Origin: an uncultured Candidatus Bathyarchaeia archaeon
GTDB lineage: Archaea > Thermoproteota > Bathyarchaeia > 40CM-2-53-6
Length of the DNA: 64,000 bases
Assembly: GCA_964559555.1 (NCBI GenBank)
Contig: CAZLHM010000006.1
Coordinates: 9,008-73,007, forward strand
Direction: 5' to 3'
The notes under the pieces were generated by a model, which saw nothing but the letters and a program-made list of their open reading frames with translations, had not been told where the DNA came from and ran no database searches. Every line of letters begins with the position of its first letter. The first letter of the stretch is position 1. Below, piece after piece: positions 18,245-28,115 of this stretch. The translations under genes and the position numbers were made by a program.

Positions 18245-19888
18245 TTGGCCACTCAATTTGCAGGACAGCCGGTCCTTATTCTCAAAGAAGGAGCATCACG
18301 CGCAACTGGCAGAGACGCGCAGCATGCAAGCATTGCTGCCGCTCGCATAGTCGCGGAGTCTGTAAAGTCGTCGCTGGGGCCGAAGGGCATGGACAAGATG
18401 CTTGTTGATAGCTTTGGCGACGTAACGATCACGAACGACGGCGCAACGATCCTCGACGAGATGGATGTCCAACATCCTGCCGCAAAGATGTTGGTGGAGG
18501 TTGCGAAAACGCAGGACGATGAGGTTGGTGACGGCACAACAACGGCGGTTGTTTTGACGGGGGAACTGCTGGGCAAAGCTGAGCAGCTAATCGACAAGGA
18601 TGTTCATCCGACGGTCATAGTTGATGGCTACGAGATTGCGGCCGAGAAGGCCCTTCAAGTGCTCGAGGATATCGCGATCAAGGTCGACCCTGTGGACAAG
18701 TCCATGCTCAAGAAGATCGCAACTGTGGCCGTGTGCACCAAGATGTTAGCGGAATACAAAGATGAAGTAGGCGATTTCGCCGTAAAAGCCATCCTAGAGG
18801 TAGCCGAGAAGGACGGCAAAGGCTACAAGGTTGACATAGATGACATTAAGGTTGAGAAGAAGCCAGGCGAGTCCTTGTCGGAGACCAGACTGATACAGGG
18901 TATTGTTCTAGACAAGGAAGTCGTACATCCTGGAATGCCTAAGCGCGTCGAGAACGCCAGAATAGCTCTTCTCAGTTGCCCACTGGAAGTTGAGAAGACC
19001 GAATTCGACGCTAAGCTGAACATAAAGAATCCAGATCAGATGAAGGCGTTCTTAGATGAAGAGGAAAAGATCCTGAGAGGGATGGTCGACAAGGTTGTCG
19101 CCGCAGGAGCAAATGTGGCGATTTGTGAGAAAGGGATTGACGATGTTGCACAGCACTTCCTTGCGAAGAAGGGTGTTCTGGCTGTCCGTCGTGTGAAGCA
19201 GTCCGACATGGAGAAGCTTGTCAAGGCGACCGGCGCTAAGGTCGTCACAAACATAGAAGACTTCGGCAGCAAGGACCTTGGCGCCTCGCAGCTGGTCGAG
19301 GAGAAGAAAGTCGCGGACGACAAGATGACATTCGTTGAAGGCTGCAAGAACCCCAAAGCCGTAACGATTTTCGTGAGGGGGGGAACGGAGCGGATCGTTG
19401 ACGAGGCCGAGCGAGCCGTTCATGACGCGCTTTGCGTTGTTAGGGATGTAGTCGTCAATCCAAAGATCGTAGCGGGTGGCGGTGCCCCGGAAGCCGAAGT
19501 AGCAAAAAGGCTCAGGACATATGCCGACAAGCTAGCAGGCAGAGAGCAGCTTGCAGTGCAAGCGTTCGCAGAAGCGCTAGAGTCAGTGCCGATGATACTT
19601 GCCGAGAACGGAGGGCTGGACCCCATCGATACGCAGGTTGAACTGAGAACGAAACACGACGAAGGACAAGTATGGGCTGGCGTTGATCCGTTCAAGGGGA
19701 AAGTTTCCGATCTGTCGAAACAGAATGTCTACGAACCGCTCGCAGTCAAACTTCAACTGATCAAGTCAGCCAGTGAGGCGGCAGGAATGATTCTGAAGAT
19801 AGACGACGTGATCGCAGCCTCAAAGAAGGAAGAGAAGGGGCCGCCTAAGGGGCCAGAAGAGAGTGGTGAAGAAGCGGGCGAGTACTAG
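18245..19888 (+). CDS. ths: Thermosome subunit (group II chaperonin)
   Basis: It has GPKGMDKML, the ITNDGATIL equatorial motifs, and the ATP-binding GDGTTT. The C-terminus ends with a GEEAGEY tail. It starts at TTG. Confidence 0.9.
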   Translation: MATQFAGQPVLILKEGASRATGRDAQHASIAAARIVAESVKSSLGPKGMDKMLVDSFGDVTITNDGATILDEMDVQHPAAKMLVEVAKTQDDEVGDGTTTAVVLTGELLGKAEQLIDKDVHPTVIVDGYEIAAEKALQVLEDIAIKVDPVDKSMLKKIATVAVCTKMLAEYKDEVGDFAVKAILEVAEKDGKGYKVDIDDIKVEKKPGESLSETRLIQGIVLDKEVVHPGMPKRVENARIALLSCPLEVEKTEFDAKLNIKNPDQMKAFLDEEEKILRGMVDKVVAAGANVAICEKGIDDVAQHFLAKKGVLAVRRVKQSDMEKLVKATGAKVVTNIEDFGSKDLGASQLVEEKKVADDKMTFVEGCKNPKAVTIFVRGGTERIVDEAERAVHDALCVVRDVVVNPKIVAGGGAPEAEVAKRLRTYADKLAGREQLAVQAFAEALESVPMILAENGGLDPIDTQVELRTKHDEGQVWAGVDPFKGKVSDLSKQNVYEPLAVKLQLIKSASEAAGMILKIDDVIAASKKEEKGPPKGPEESGEEAGEY

Positions 19889-20144
19889 GCGCCAAGAGAC
19901 CACACTGATCGGCCCTAGGAAGCTTACTCGCTTCGAGAAGGCGAGGGTCGTTGGCGCCCGCGCCCTTCAGATCGCTCTTGGAGCGCCTGTGCTAATTGAG
20001 ATTGACCCCGGAAGCCTTTCTCCGATAGACATTGCCACAGAAGAGCTTGAGGCCCGCGCACTTCCAATCAGCATCAGAAGGACTCTTCCGGACGGGACGA
20101 GCCAGAACATACCGTTGAAGGCGATACTGGCACAAGAAGGCTAG
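19863..20144 (+). CDS. rpoK: DNA-directed RNA polymerase subunit K (Rpo6)
   Basis: [26 protein letters not shown] is the RpoK/Rpb6 signature. The only canonical starts (GTG 19863 or 19866) overlap the thermosome 3' end. Confidence 0.75.
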   Translation: MVKKRASTRRQETTLIGPRKLTRFEKARVVGARALQIALGAPVLIEIDPGSLSPIDIATEELEARALPISIRRTLPDGTSQNIPLKAILAQEG

Positions 20145-20174
20145 TGCTTGCCTCCCCCCGTGGAGTAGTGCAAA

Positions 20175-20402
20175 TTGGAGGCTACAGAGACGAGGGATTG
20201 GAACTACGCGCTTGCTCTCTTGATCGTGGTTTCTGGAATCTTCTTGATCTTGAGGTTTGCTGGACGAGCCTTCGTGACCATTGACTTCGAGATTCTTGTT
20301 ATCCATTTCCCCGCGGTGATCTGCCTACTCATCTACGTGGCGAAGAGATACTCAGCATCAGTCTGGAAGCCGTTCGCTGGCATCTCATTCCAGAAGGCAT
20401 GA
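20175..20402 (+). CDS. Small 2-TM membrane protein (hypothetical)
   Basis: The 75 aa ORF has two hydrophobic helices. It could be spurious. Confidence 0.3.
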   Translation: MEATETRDWNYALALLIVVSGIFLILRFAGRAFVTIDFEILVIHFPAVICLLIYVAKRYSASVWKPFAGISFQKA

Positions 20403-20750
20403 TATCATCAGTGGGTATGGCGGTCTGGTCGTCGGATGTGGAAACCACGGATGAGGGTGTCCTGCCCCGGGCAGACAGAATGGGCATAGAATCATTCCAT
20501 ACCATACGCGAGTACACGCTCTGCACAGTGGACGACCACACCTGATACAGAAACGGATTGCAGGAGCTAGTGGATGGAAAAAGCATCGAGACAGCCTTGG
20601 GTGCGCACCATGCGCAACAGGCAGCGGCGCAACCATTTGAGGCATTTCATGAATAAGAGGTCGGACTAATCTCGCTCCGCACTTCAAGCAGTAGTTGGCC
20701 TCGTCACGATTGTCAGATCCACAGCTGGGACATTTGAATATCATATCCAT
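20385..20750 (-). CDS. Zinc-ribbon domain protein (double CxxC pairs)
   Basis: CPSCGS..CLKCGA and CIRCGRPLCRAC..CPFC give multiple Cys pairs. Confidence 0.45.
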   Translation of the reverse strand: MDMIFKCPSCGSDNRDEANYCLKCGARLVRPLIHEMPQMVAPLPVAHGAHPRLSRCFFHPLAPAIRFCIRCGRPLCRACTRVWYGMILCPFCLPGAGHPHPWFPHPTTRPPYPLMISCLLE

Positions 20751-20818
20751 CGCTTCGATTTCCTGAGGAGTTAACCTTTGCTGGTTAATGCGACCTACTG
20801 ATATGCCTAGTCAGTCAC

Positions 20819-21400
20819 CTATTCTATGATCGGCCTTCCATGCTCTAGCCGTAGCTTTATCAACGTCTTGACCACTACTCCAGTTTCTCTTTCTACTCGG
20901 TCAACTCCTCCGAGCTCAGCCCTCTCGATGACTGCGACGGCATCGGCTAGGGCTATTCCATGCGACACCAGTTCTTTGATGATTGCAGCGTAGGTCCCTC
21001 CCGTAGCGATTATCGAATCCACGAGAAGCACAGTGTCTCCAGGCCCGACGCCATTTGCGTACATTATGTCCTCGGAGTAGCCGGTTCTCTTAACGATCTT
21101 GATCTCCGTAGGCAACAGGTAAGATTTCTTTCTGATTATGAGCATCGGAATTCCTGTAACGAGACTTAGGGCCGTAGCGATCTGTATACCCATGGCTTCG
21201 GGCGCAATGATCTTGTTGCTCCGTTTTACGTTGCTCACCCTAGCGACTTCAAACGCACAGCCCCACAATGCTTCAGTAGGGATTTCCGGTACTCCGGAGC
21301 TGAGCGGATTGACAACATAATCATAGTGACCTTGCGGAGACGGGATGCGGACAACGGTGGCCTTGCGTAGGTCTTCCCTTATCGTCTCGAGCCAATCCAT
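20819..21400 (-). CDS. Purine phosphoribosyltransferase (type I PRTase, archaeal HGPRT/APRT-like)
   Basis: The PRPP-binding motif VLLVDSIIATGGT is present, and the product is about 190 aa. Confidence 0.7.
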   Translation of the reverse strand: MDWLETIREDLRKATVVRIPSPQGHYDYVVNPLSSGVPEIPTEALWGCAFEVARVSNVKRSNKIIAPEAMGIQIATALSLVTGIPMLIIRKKSYLLPTEIKIVKRTGYSEDIMYANGVGPGDTVLLVDSIIATGGTYAAIIKELVSHGIALADAVAVIERAELGGVDRVERETGVVVKTLIKLRLEHGRPIIE

Positions 21401-21476
21401 TCGGCAACCACTGGCAGTTCTGTAACGTCTATGCTAGATAGAAGTTCCGCAGCGATCAAGCCGTTGACAGTTCGGA

Positions 21477-22061
21477 TCATGCGCTTAGGGGTGCGGGCTC
21501 TTTCGAAGCAGGATGGTCCTCATCTATAGGAATGACCATCACCAGCGCGTCTGCTCCGTCCGCATAGTAGTGCGGAACGTTCTTTGCAAGTGAGAAACCG
21601 AGTTTCCCATAGAGAGCGAGGCCCGCTTCGTTTATGGTTCTGACCTCCAAGTAGCATTCTTCGGCGTTCATCTCTCGCAGGGCAGAAAGTGCGCGCCTGA
21701 CGAGGTCCGAGGCGATTCCAATCCGTCTGTACTCGGGCAGCACCGCGACCGAGATAATGTGTCCCTTGCGGACGAACTTCAGTCGCTTGATGTCAGAGAA
21801 ACCGTGCTCCATTCGACACATGATGTATCCTACAATCCGATTGGGAACCTCCGCAACAAGGAAGGCGGTTGGGCAGCTCCGATATGTGTCAATGAAGAAG
21901 AAGGATGCGTAGTTCTCCGGAAGGCAGTTCTTGTTTATTTCGATGACAGAATCGAGATCCTCGGTGTTGAACAGCCTCAATGAGAACTTGGTCTCTGTCA
22001 GCATCGTATTTTCGATCGCACATGTCAACAGGTGGGTACTATAAGTTGTTTGGGATGACAT
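21477..22061 (-). CDS. GNAT family N-acetyltransferase (Ard1/RimI-like)
   Basis: VLPEYRRIGIASDLVRRAL carries the acetyl-CoA motif R/QxxGxA. The likely start is MLTETK. Confidence 0.7.
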   Translation of the reverse strand: MSSQTTYSTHLLTCAIENTMLTETKFSLRLFNTEDLDSVIEINKNCLPENYASFFFIDTYRSCPTAFLVAEVPNRIVGYIMCRMEHGFSDIKRLKFVRKGHIISVAVLPEYRRIGIASDLVRRALSALREMNAEECYLEVRTINEAGLALYGKLGFSLAKNVPHYYADGADALVMVIPIDEDHPASKEPAPLSA

Positions 22062-22089
22062 CGCATTTGAATTGGATCAATATGTTTAA

Positions 22090-23268
22090 GTGAAATCTAC
22101 CAGCGTTGCATGGCCACTACGTACAGGAGGATGGACTCTGTCTTCTACTTCAGGGGCTCATGCATCCCAAGACAGCACCTATCCTGATCTTGCTGGAATG
22201 AAAGAGATCGTTCAGAGAAGATTCGATGTCGTCGATGCGTACGTAGACCAGCATGGCATTCCAAGTTTTCTTGTCGTAGACGGACCAGTCAAGCAGAAGT
22301 TCAAGGAGCTGCTGCGGGATCTGCAAGCGCATCGCCTGAGTGCCTCAATACGCAGGTACTCGGACAGGCTCTTGGTCAGAGTTTTTCAGAGAATCCCAGT
22401 GCGTCGCTCCAATCCGATGGTCAACTTGATCCTGATGTTCGCAACAATCGGAACGATTCTTTTCTCCAGCTACAGCCTCACGTACTCAATGGATCCCGAA
22501 CTTCTGAGGATGGTCTTCGGAGGACTAAATCTCAATGCCTTGATAGCAATGTTTGCTGCTGCACTGTTTGGGATTATCGCACTTCACGAGCTAGGCCACA
22601 AGCTCGCAGCTGTAGCCCATGGCATGGACTCCTCGCTTCCATACTTCATACCAGGTCCTCCGCCTTTCGGAACGTTTGGAGCTGTGATCTCTCTGAAGAG
22701 CCCTCCCGCAAACAGGGACGAACTGTTCGACCTCGGATTCAGCGGACCCATCGTCGGGTTCATCGCAACAGCCATTGTGGGAATCATGAGCATACTGACG
22801 GCTCCTCTTGTCCCGGAAGCTCAGGTGCAGAAATTGGTCGAACAGGGACTGCTTGCGATTCAAGAGTGGCCTCGAACACCGCTATTGATGATACTGCTGA
22901 ACTATCTCGACATCCGAACAGTCCCGCCCGGTCAACTGCTCGTCTTGACACAGGTCGCGTTCGCGGCCGAGATTGGCGCGCTGGTCACCTTTCTGAACAT
23001 AATTCCCGCTTGGCAGTTGGACGGGGGTCACATAATGAGAGCAATGCTGGGACCGCAAGGGCATAGGCTTGCGACCGGGATCGGCATTGCAGTATTGGCC
23101 TTGGCAGGGTACTGGCCCTTCGCCCTGCTAATACTAGTCTTCATGCTCTCACGTGGCGGATGGACTGGCGCCGAGCCTCTGGACGATGTCTCGTCACTGT
23201 CTAGTGGGAGAAAGGTTCTGTTCGTTCTGGCCTTGGTCATGCTCCTACTTTGCTTCATGATCTTGTAA
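22090..23268 (+). CDS. Site-2 protease family (M50) membrane metalloprotease
   Basis: It has the HExxH motif IALHELGHKLAAVAHG within a polytopic membrane protein, and a later NxxPxxxLDGG-like motif (NIIPAWQLDGGH). Confidence 0.8.
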   Translation: MKSTSVAWPLRTGGWTLSSTSGAHASQDSTYPDLAGMKEIVQRRFDVVDAYVDQHGIPSFLVVDGPVKQKFKELLRDLQAHRLSASIRRYSDRLLVRVFQRIPVRRSNPMVNLILMFATIGTILFSSYSLTYSMDPELLRMVFGGLNLNALIAMFAAALFGIIALHELGHKLAAVAHGMDSSLPYFIPGPPPFGTFGAVISLKSPPANRDELFDLGFSGPIVGFIATAIVGIMSILTAPLVPEAQVQKLVEQGLLAIQEWPRTPLLMILLNYLDIRTVPPGQLLVLTQVAFAAEIGALVTFLNIIPAWQLDGGHIMRAMLGPQGHRLATGIGIAVLALAGYWPFALLILVFMLSRGGWTGAEPLDDVSSLSSGRKVLFVLALVMLLLCFMIL

Positions 23269-23274
23269 CGGAGT

Positions 23275-24111
23275 GTGGAGGTCACTGCCACCCGTCTCTC
23301 TGGCTTACATTCAGCTTCGATAGACGAACTAGTCGCGGCGCAACAGCGCGCGCAGAACCCTAGGATGCCGATCGCGAATCCATACATAGCTATGCTTCGA
23401 GAAACGGGGCAGACATCTTTCTGCAACATCGCTCATCTTGCAACGAGCAATGGCGTCTGTCGATCTTCATTTGAAGAAGTCGTGTTTAACCTCAAGGAGG
23501 CAGGGATCGTCACTGTCATCAACGAAGAGGTCCACGTCATTCCCGGACAACGACTGAGAATCGCGGAACTAGCAATCCAGAATGGTGCTGATCCCGAGAG
23601 GATTGCCAGGGAACTTCGATGGCAGGAATTCGAGGCGTTCGCAAGTCAGATTCTTGCCAAATACGAATACAAGACCGCACGCCGACTCGTATTCAGCGAT
23701 TCAGGTCATCGTTTTGAGATCGATGTCCTAGGTGCCAAGGAGCCGATCTTGCTCTGTATTGACTGTAAGCACTGGCATCACGGTTGGGCTCCAAGCAAGA
23801 TCACGATGGCAGCCATGAACCAACTACTGCGCGCTTTCCATCTCTCCAAAGTCCTGAAAAAGTACGCGGGGAAGGTTCACACCTTGGGCTGGCGATCTGT
23901 GCAGCTTCTTCCTGCTCTGCTGACATTGGCGGACGTGTCTTCCAGCAGAATCAATGGTGTCCCGATTGTTTCCGTGCTTCGCTTCAGGGATTTTGTGTCC
24001 GAAGTGAATCCCTGGGTCGACGAGCTCCGCTTCATCGAAGCTCGAGTACGCGATGGAACTCCCGAGCTGTCAGGGCTCCCTGCTACTTCTTCGATTCCAG
24101 CTCTTCTCTAA
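23275..24111 (+). CDS. wHTH plus Mrr-like (PD-(D/E)xK) restriction-endonuclease-domain protein
   Basis: The C-terminal half, WQEFEAFASQIL...SDSGHRFEIDVLG...LLCIDCKHW, matches the Mrr_cat pattern (E..F, D..ID, QCK). Confidence 0.5.
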   Translation: MEVTATRLSGLHSASIDELVAAQQRAQNPRMPIANPYIAMLRETGQTSFCNIAHLATSNGVCRSSFEEVVFNLKEAGIVTVINEEVHVIPGQRLRIAELAIQNGADPERIARELRWQEFEAFASQILAKYEYKTARRLVFSDSGHRFEIDVLGAKEPILLCIDCKHWHHGWAPSKITMAAMNQLLRAFHLSKVLKKYAGKVHTLGWRSVQLLPALLTLADVSSSRINGVPIVSVLRFRDFVSEVNPWVDELRFIEARVRDGTPELSGLPATSSIPALL

Positions 24112-25744
24112 GGGTCCGTCTGAGGATCTTCCCTACTAGTGTCTTGGGTAGCGAGCTTCGGAATTCGACTGATGTCGGTGCCTTATAGGTGGCAATCTTC
24201 TCCTTGCAGAACTCGATGATCTCTTTCTCTGTCACTTTTCCCTCGTATCCCTGCTTGAGAGTCACGTAGGCCTTCACGGTTTCACCTCTGTAGGGATCTG
24301 GGACACCCAATACTGCTGCCTCATTTACGGCCGGGTGCTCGTATAGGATTTCCTCGACTTCTCGGGGCCAGACTTTCAGACCCGAAACATCGATCATATC
24401 CTTCTTCCGGTCAACGATGTAGAAGTAGCCGTCTTCGTCCATCTTGGCGATGTCGCCTGTATAGAGCCATTTGTTCCTCAATGCTATGTCGGTTTCATCC
24501 GGCTTGTTCCAGTAGCCCTGCATTACCTGTGGGCCTTTGATCACCAGCTCGCCTGTCTCACCGGATTTGAGGTCCCTCGTCCCAGTCTCAAGATCGACGA
24601 CCTTGGCGTCGGTGTCAGGAACGGGAATGCCAATAGAGCCGGGCCGGTTTTTCTTGGGGTCGTCGAGAGGATTAGCGTGTGAGACGGGACTAGACTCGGT
24701 GAGGCCGTATCCCTCCACCAAGCGACCTCCTGTTATTTGCTCGAATTTCCTCTGGATCTCGACTGGCAATGGTGCAGCACCGGAAATGCATGCGCGAAGC
24801 GAACTGAGATCATACTTGCCTATGTCTGGTCTATTGATGAGGGCAACGTACAGGGTAGGGACACCGCAGAAGACCGTGGCCTTGTATTTGCTGATCCCCT
24901 TCAGTATTGCCTTCTGGTCACGCGGGTCGGGTAGCATGAGCATGGTGGTGCCCGTGAAAACGTGAGTATTCATGGCCGTCGTCATGCCAAAGATGTGAAA
25001 TAGAGGCAACGCGGTCACACCGATGTCGATCCCTCGTCGCACTGGCAATAGAACCTCACATTGAGCGGCGTTCACAATCAGATTTCTGTGAGTAATCATC
25101 GCACCCTTTGGCACTCCCGTTGTCCCACCCGTATACTGAAGAAGAGCCAAGTCGTCTGGTGCCACGGCAACTGGCTTCGGACTCGGTTCATATCTGCTCA
25201 TGAGCGATAGAAAGTCAATGGCTCCGGGGCACTTGTGTGACTTCACGCCTTTCAATGGTGCCAAGAGCCTCAGTAGTGGAGGAAGGTAGTCGCGTGGGCT
25301 GACAGCAATAACGTTCCGCAGTTTCGTCTTCGCTTTGATCTCTTGAACTATCGAGTAGAGAGTATCCATGACAACTAGAGTCTCAGCCTTGGCATCGTTC
25401 AGTTGATGTTCGAGTTCTCTCCCCTTGTACAGTGGACTGCAGGCAACGCATACGGCCCCCGCGCGGAGGGCTCCATAATAGGCGATGGCAAATTGCGGGA
25501 TATTCGGAAGCATAATTCCGACTCTATCGCTCTTCTTTACCCCTAGATCTTGCAATGCCGTGGCGAAAGTGTCAACTAGTCGGTCGAGCTCACGGTACGA
25601 GAATCGTCGCCCATAATAGATGATCGCAGGATTGTCGGGATAGTTCTTAGCAGCCTGTTTCATTACTTCGCCCAGTGAGATGTTAGGGTACTCTATCGAC
25701 TTTGGAACTCCCTCAGGCCAGAACTTGTACCATGGTTTTTCCAA
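24083..25744 (-). CDS. fadD: Long-chain fatty acid--CoA ligase (AMP-dependent synthetase)
   Basis: The AMP-binding motif LQYTGGTTGVPKGAMITHRN, YGLTESSP and the GWxxTGD motif WLYTGDIAKMDEDGY are present. Confidence 0.85.
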   Translation of the reverse strand: MEKPWYKFWPEGVPKSIEYPNISLGEVMKQAAKNYPDNPAIIYYGRRFSYRELDRLVDTFATALQDLGVKKSDRVGIMLPNIPQFAIAYYGALRAGAVCVACSPLYKGRELEHQLNDAKAETLVVMDTLYSIVQEIKAKTKLRNVIAVSPRDYLPPLLRLLAPLKGVKSHKCPGAIDFLSLMSRYEPSPKPVAVAPDDLALLQYTGGTTGVPKGAMITHRNLIVNAAQCEVLLPVRRGIDIGVTALPLFHIFGMTTAMNTHVFTGTTMLMLPDPRDQKAILKGISKYKATVFCGVPTLYVALINRPDIGKYDLSSLRACISGAAPLPVEIQRKFEQITGGRLVEGYGLTESSPVSHANPLDDPKKNRPGSIGIPVPDTDAKVVDLETGTRDLKSGETGELVIKGPQVMQGYWNKPDETDIALRNKWLYTGDIAKMDEDGYFYIVDRKKDMIDVSGLKVWPREVEEILYEHPAVNEAAVLGVPDPYRGETVKAYVTLKQGYEGKVTEKEIIEFCKEKIATYKAPTSVEFRSSLPKTLVGKILRRTLREELESKK

Positions 25745-25777
25745 ACAAGAAGCACCATACCTGCCTCATAGTCGAGT

Positions 25778-25786
25778 CTATAAAAC
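25778..25786 (-). promoter_or_regulatory. TATA-like box (minus strand TTTTATAG) upstream of fadD
   Basis: It is centred about 38 nt upstream of the fadD ATG. Confidence 0.4.
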
Positions 25787-25949
25787 ACTAACTGAGATCA
25801 CCAAGGCGGATACTCTCGGGATATGTGCCGCCGATGTCCGGGTTCCTGCAGTCTGAACGGCTCGGTGGCGTATGTCCCGATGTGGAGTAGGATCTAGTAT
25901 CGATTCTCTGGAACGTGCATGCGGCTCGAAATACGGTTGCGATTGTTAA

Positions 25950-25997
25950 ATGAACAAAAAGAGGGCAGGGGAGTTCTGAGTCTGGTGAGGTTGCCCT
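25950..25997 (-). terminator. Hairpin (AGGGCA/UGCCCU) followed by an oligo-U tract downstream of the acyl-CoA dehydrogenase gene
   Basis: The 6-bp stem (25962-25967 with 25992-25997) is followed on the transcript by CUUUUUGUUCAUUU, a typical archaeal oligo-T termination signal. Confidence 0.4.
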
Positions 25998-25998
25998 G

Positions 25999-27210
25999 TC
26001 ACTTGCCGGCTTCTTCCCACTTCCTCCAAGCCGCGAACTCTGAGCCTAGAAGCTGGAGGGCGATTACGATCTTCTGAGCGTTTCTTGTTCCTTCTGCAAC
26101 CACGGCCTGTCTCGTGGTTCTGTACGCCTGTTGCACATCGTAGTCTGTTGTCGTTCCCATACCGCCGAACCATTCGACGACATCGCTAATTGCCTTCATG
26201 CAGCTCTCGGAGGCGACAAGCTTTGCGCAGGAGGCGGCCATCATTGCATCATAGAACGATGCCCGTCCGTCGTGGTATCTGTCGATTAGCCACGCGGCGC
26301 GGTAGCACAACCATCGTGCTGCTAAGACGTTAGCATAGTTTTCGGCAAGCTCGAACTGGATTCCTTCAAAACCGGCGATAGGTCGCCCAAATGCTCGGCG
26401 CTGTTTGATGTGTTCCATGCCAAGCTCGAGACACTTTTCAGCACCCGCAACAATTGCCATCGTGGTTGGGACTCGGGCGTGAACGAATGACTCATACGTC
26501 AGCTGATATCCCGTCCCTTCGAACCCGATGAGACAGTGTTCGGAGACCTTGGTGTTATCGTATCTGACTCCACCCAGGTCTATGCCCATTCCCTCGAAAA
26601 CTGATGTGGTGATGCCGTTCGACGTCACCGGGATGAAGAGCAAGCTCATTCCCTTTGATCCGAGTTCGGGTTTGGTCTTCACAGAAGTGATGAAGCCACC
26701 ACCATACTTCATCGCTTCAGGAACGCAACTCAGTATCTGCTTCTCTCCACTGATCACGTACTCTCCGTTGGTCTTCTTGGCTGTTGTCGCTATTGCTGTG
26801 AAGTCGGTGCCGCATCCGGGCTCGGTATTGTGAAGGGGAGTTATCCAGCCGTCCTTCACGACCTTTGGGAGAATCTCTTCTTTCAACTCCGCCGTTCCAT
26901 ACGCCGCAATTATGCGTGCACAGGTAGCCCCGTACCAGACCGGAATTCCCGCTACACCTGTCGGGTCAGCTTTCGTGAGTTCCTCTACCGCGATTGCGAA
27001 AGTCACGTAATCTGACTCGCTTCCGCCAAACTCCTTCGGGAGAAGCAGACCAAATAGGCCCTGACTTGTCAGAGCCTTGTGAACATCAGCTGTAATCATC
27101 CGTTCCTTTGCTATCTCTTTTGCTTTCGGCGTAAGCACTTTCGCGTAGTAATCCTTGAGCGTGCGTCTAAAGAGCTCTTGTTCTTCTGTGAAGTTGAAGT
27201 CTATGGGCAT
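25999..27210 (-). CDS. Acyl-CoA dehydrogenase
   Basis: The 403 aa product has the ACAD N, middle and C domains, including a FAD-binding region with the conserved W (GGMGTTTDYDVQQAYR), and a catalytic Glu region near the C-terminus. Confidence 0.85.
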   Translation of the reverse strand: MPIDFNFTEEQELFRRTLKDYYAKVLTPKAKEIAKERMITADVHKALTSQGLFGLLLPKEFGGSESDYVTFAIAVEELTKADPTGVAGIPVWYGATCARIIAAYGTAELKEEILPKVVKDGWITPLHNTEPGCGTDFTAIATTAKKTNGEYVISGEKQILSCVPEAMKYGGGFITSVKTKPELGSKGMSLLFIPVTSNGITTSVFEGMGIDLGGVRYDNTKVSEHCLIGFEGTGYQLTYESFVHARVPTTMAIVAGAEKCLELGMEHIKQRRAFGRPIAGFEGIQFELAENYANVLAARWLCYRAAWLIDRYHDGRASFYDAMMAASCAKLVASESCMKAISDVVEWFGGMGTTTDYDVQQAYRTTRQAVVAEGTRNAQKIVIALQLLGSEFAAWRKWEEAGK

Positions 27211-27216
27211 CGCGTT

Positions 27217-28044
27217 TCACTTCCCTTTGAACTCTGGTTTTCGTTTCGACATGAACGCAGAAACACCTTCCATCACGTCCTTTGTCGAAAGCACGATACC
27301 AAACGCCTCAGATTCGAACTTGAGTCCCACATCAAGTGGCACTTGAGTTGCATAGTTCAGTGCGTGTTTCGCCGCTTTCAGCGCTATCGGTGGTCCCTCG
27401 ACGAACTGCTTAGCGAATGCCTTTGTTTCTTCTACGAGTTTGTCTCTCGGAACAACTCTGTTGACTAGACCAATCCTGTGAGCTTCTTCTGCAGTGATTC
27501 GATCACCCAGCATTATCAACTCCTTTGCCTTCGCCAAGCCCACTATGCGTGTTAGTCTCTGCGTTCCACCCCAACCCGGCATGAGGCCAAGCCTGATTTC
27601 TGTCGCGCCAACTTGGGCGCTTTCTGATGCGATTCTGAAGTCGCAGGCGAGAGAGAGTTCGAGGCCGCCTCCTAGTGCGTAACCGTTGATGCAGGCGATT
27701 ACGGGTTTCCCTAGCGCTTCGATTCGTGCAGTAAGCTCGTGTCCCTTCATCGACGCATCAGTGGCTGTAGATGGAGTTATGCCGGTGAATGAGGTGACAT
27801 CTGCTCCGGCGCTGAATGCTTTCTCGCCGGCTCCTGTGATTACAACACATTTCACTTCTTTGTCCGACTCGAAGTCAGAGAGCGCAGAGGTGAACTCGTT
27901 CATCATGTCAAGGGTCATCGTGTTGAGTCTGTGCGGACGATTCAGGGTGATCCAGCCAATTCCCTCTTCTTTCTTAACGATAATGTCCTGGTAGGTCTTT
28001 CCTTCACTCAATCCTGAGAACCTCTGGTGAATGAGGAGTCGCAC
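27217..28044 (-). CDS. Enoyl-CoA hydratase (crotonase family)
   Basis: The oxyanion-hole motifs VITGAGEKAFSAGAD and ACINGYALGGGLELSLACD are present. Confidence 0.85.
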   Translation of the reverse strand: MRLLIHQRFSGLSEGKTYQDIIVKKEEGIGWITLNRPHRLNTMTLDMMNEFTSALSDFESDKEVKCVVITGAGEKAFSAGADVTSFTGITPSTATDASMKGHELTARIEALGKPVIACINGYALGGGLELSLACDFRIASESAQVGATEIRLGLMPGWGGTQRLTRIVGLAKAKELIMLGDRITAEEAHRIGLVNRVVPRDKLVEETKAFAKQFVEGPPIALKAAKHALNYATQVPLDVGLKFESEAFGIVLSTKDVMEGVSAFMSKRKPEFKGK

Positions 28045-28115
28045 TACCGACTATAAGAAACTCTCTACACGCTCGCTGACTCACATTATGTTCGACTGCT
28101 GCGCGTGTCGTTGCG

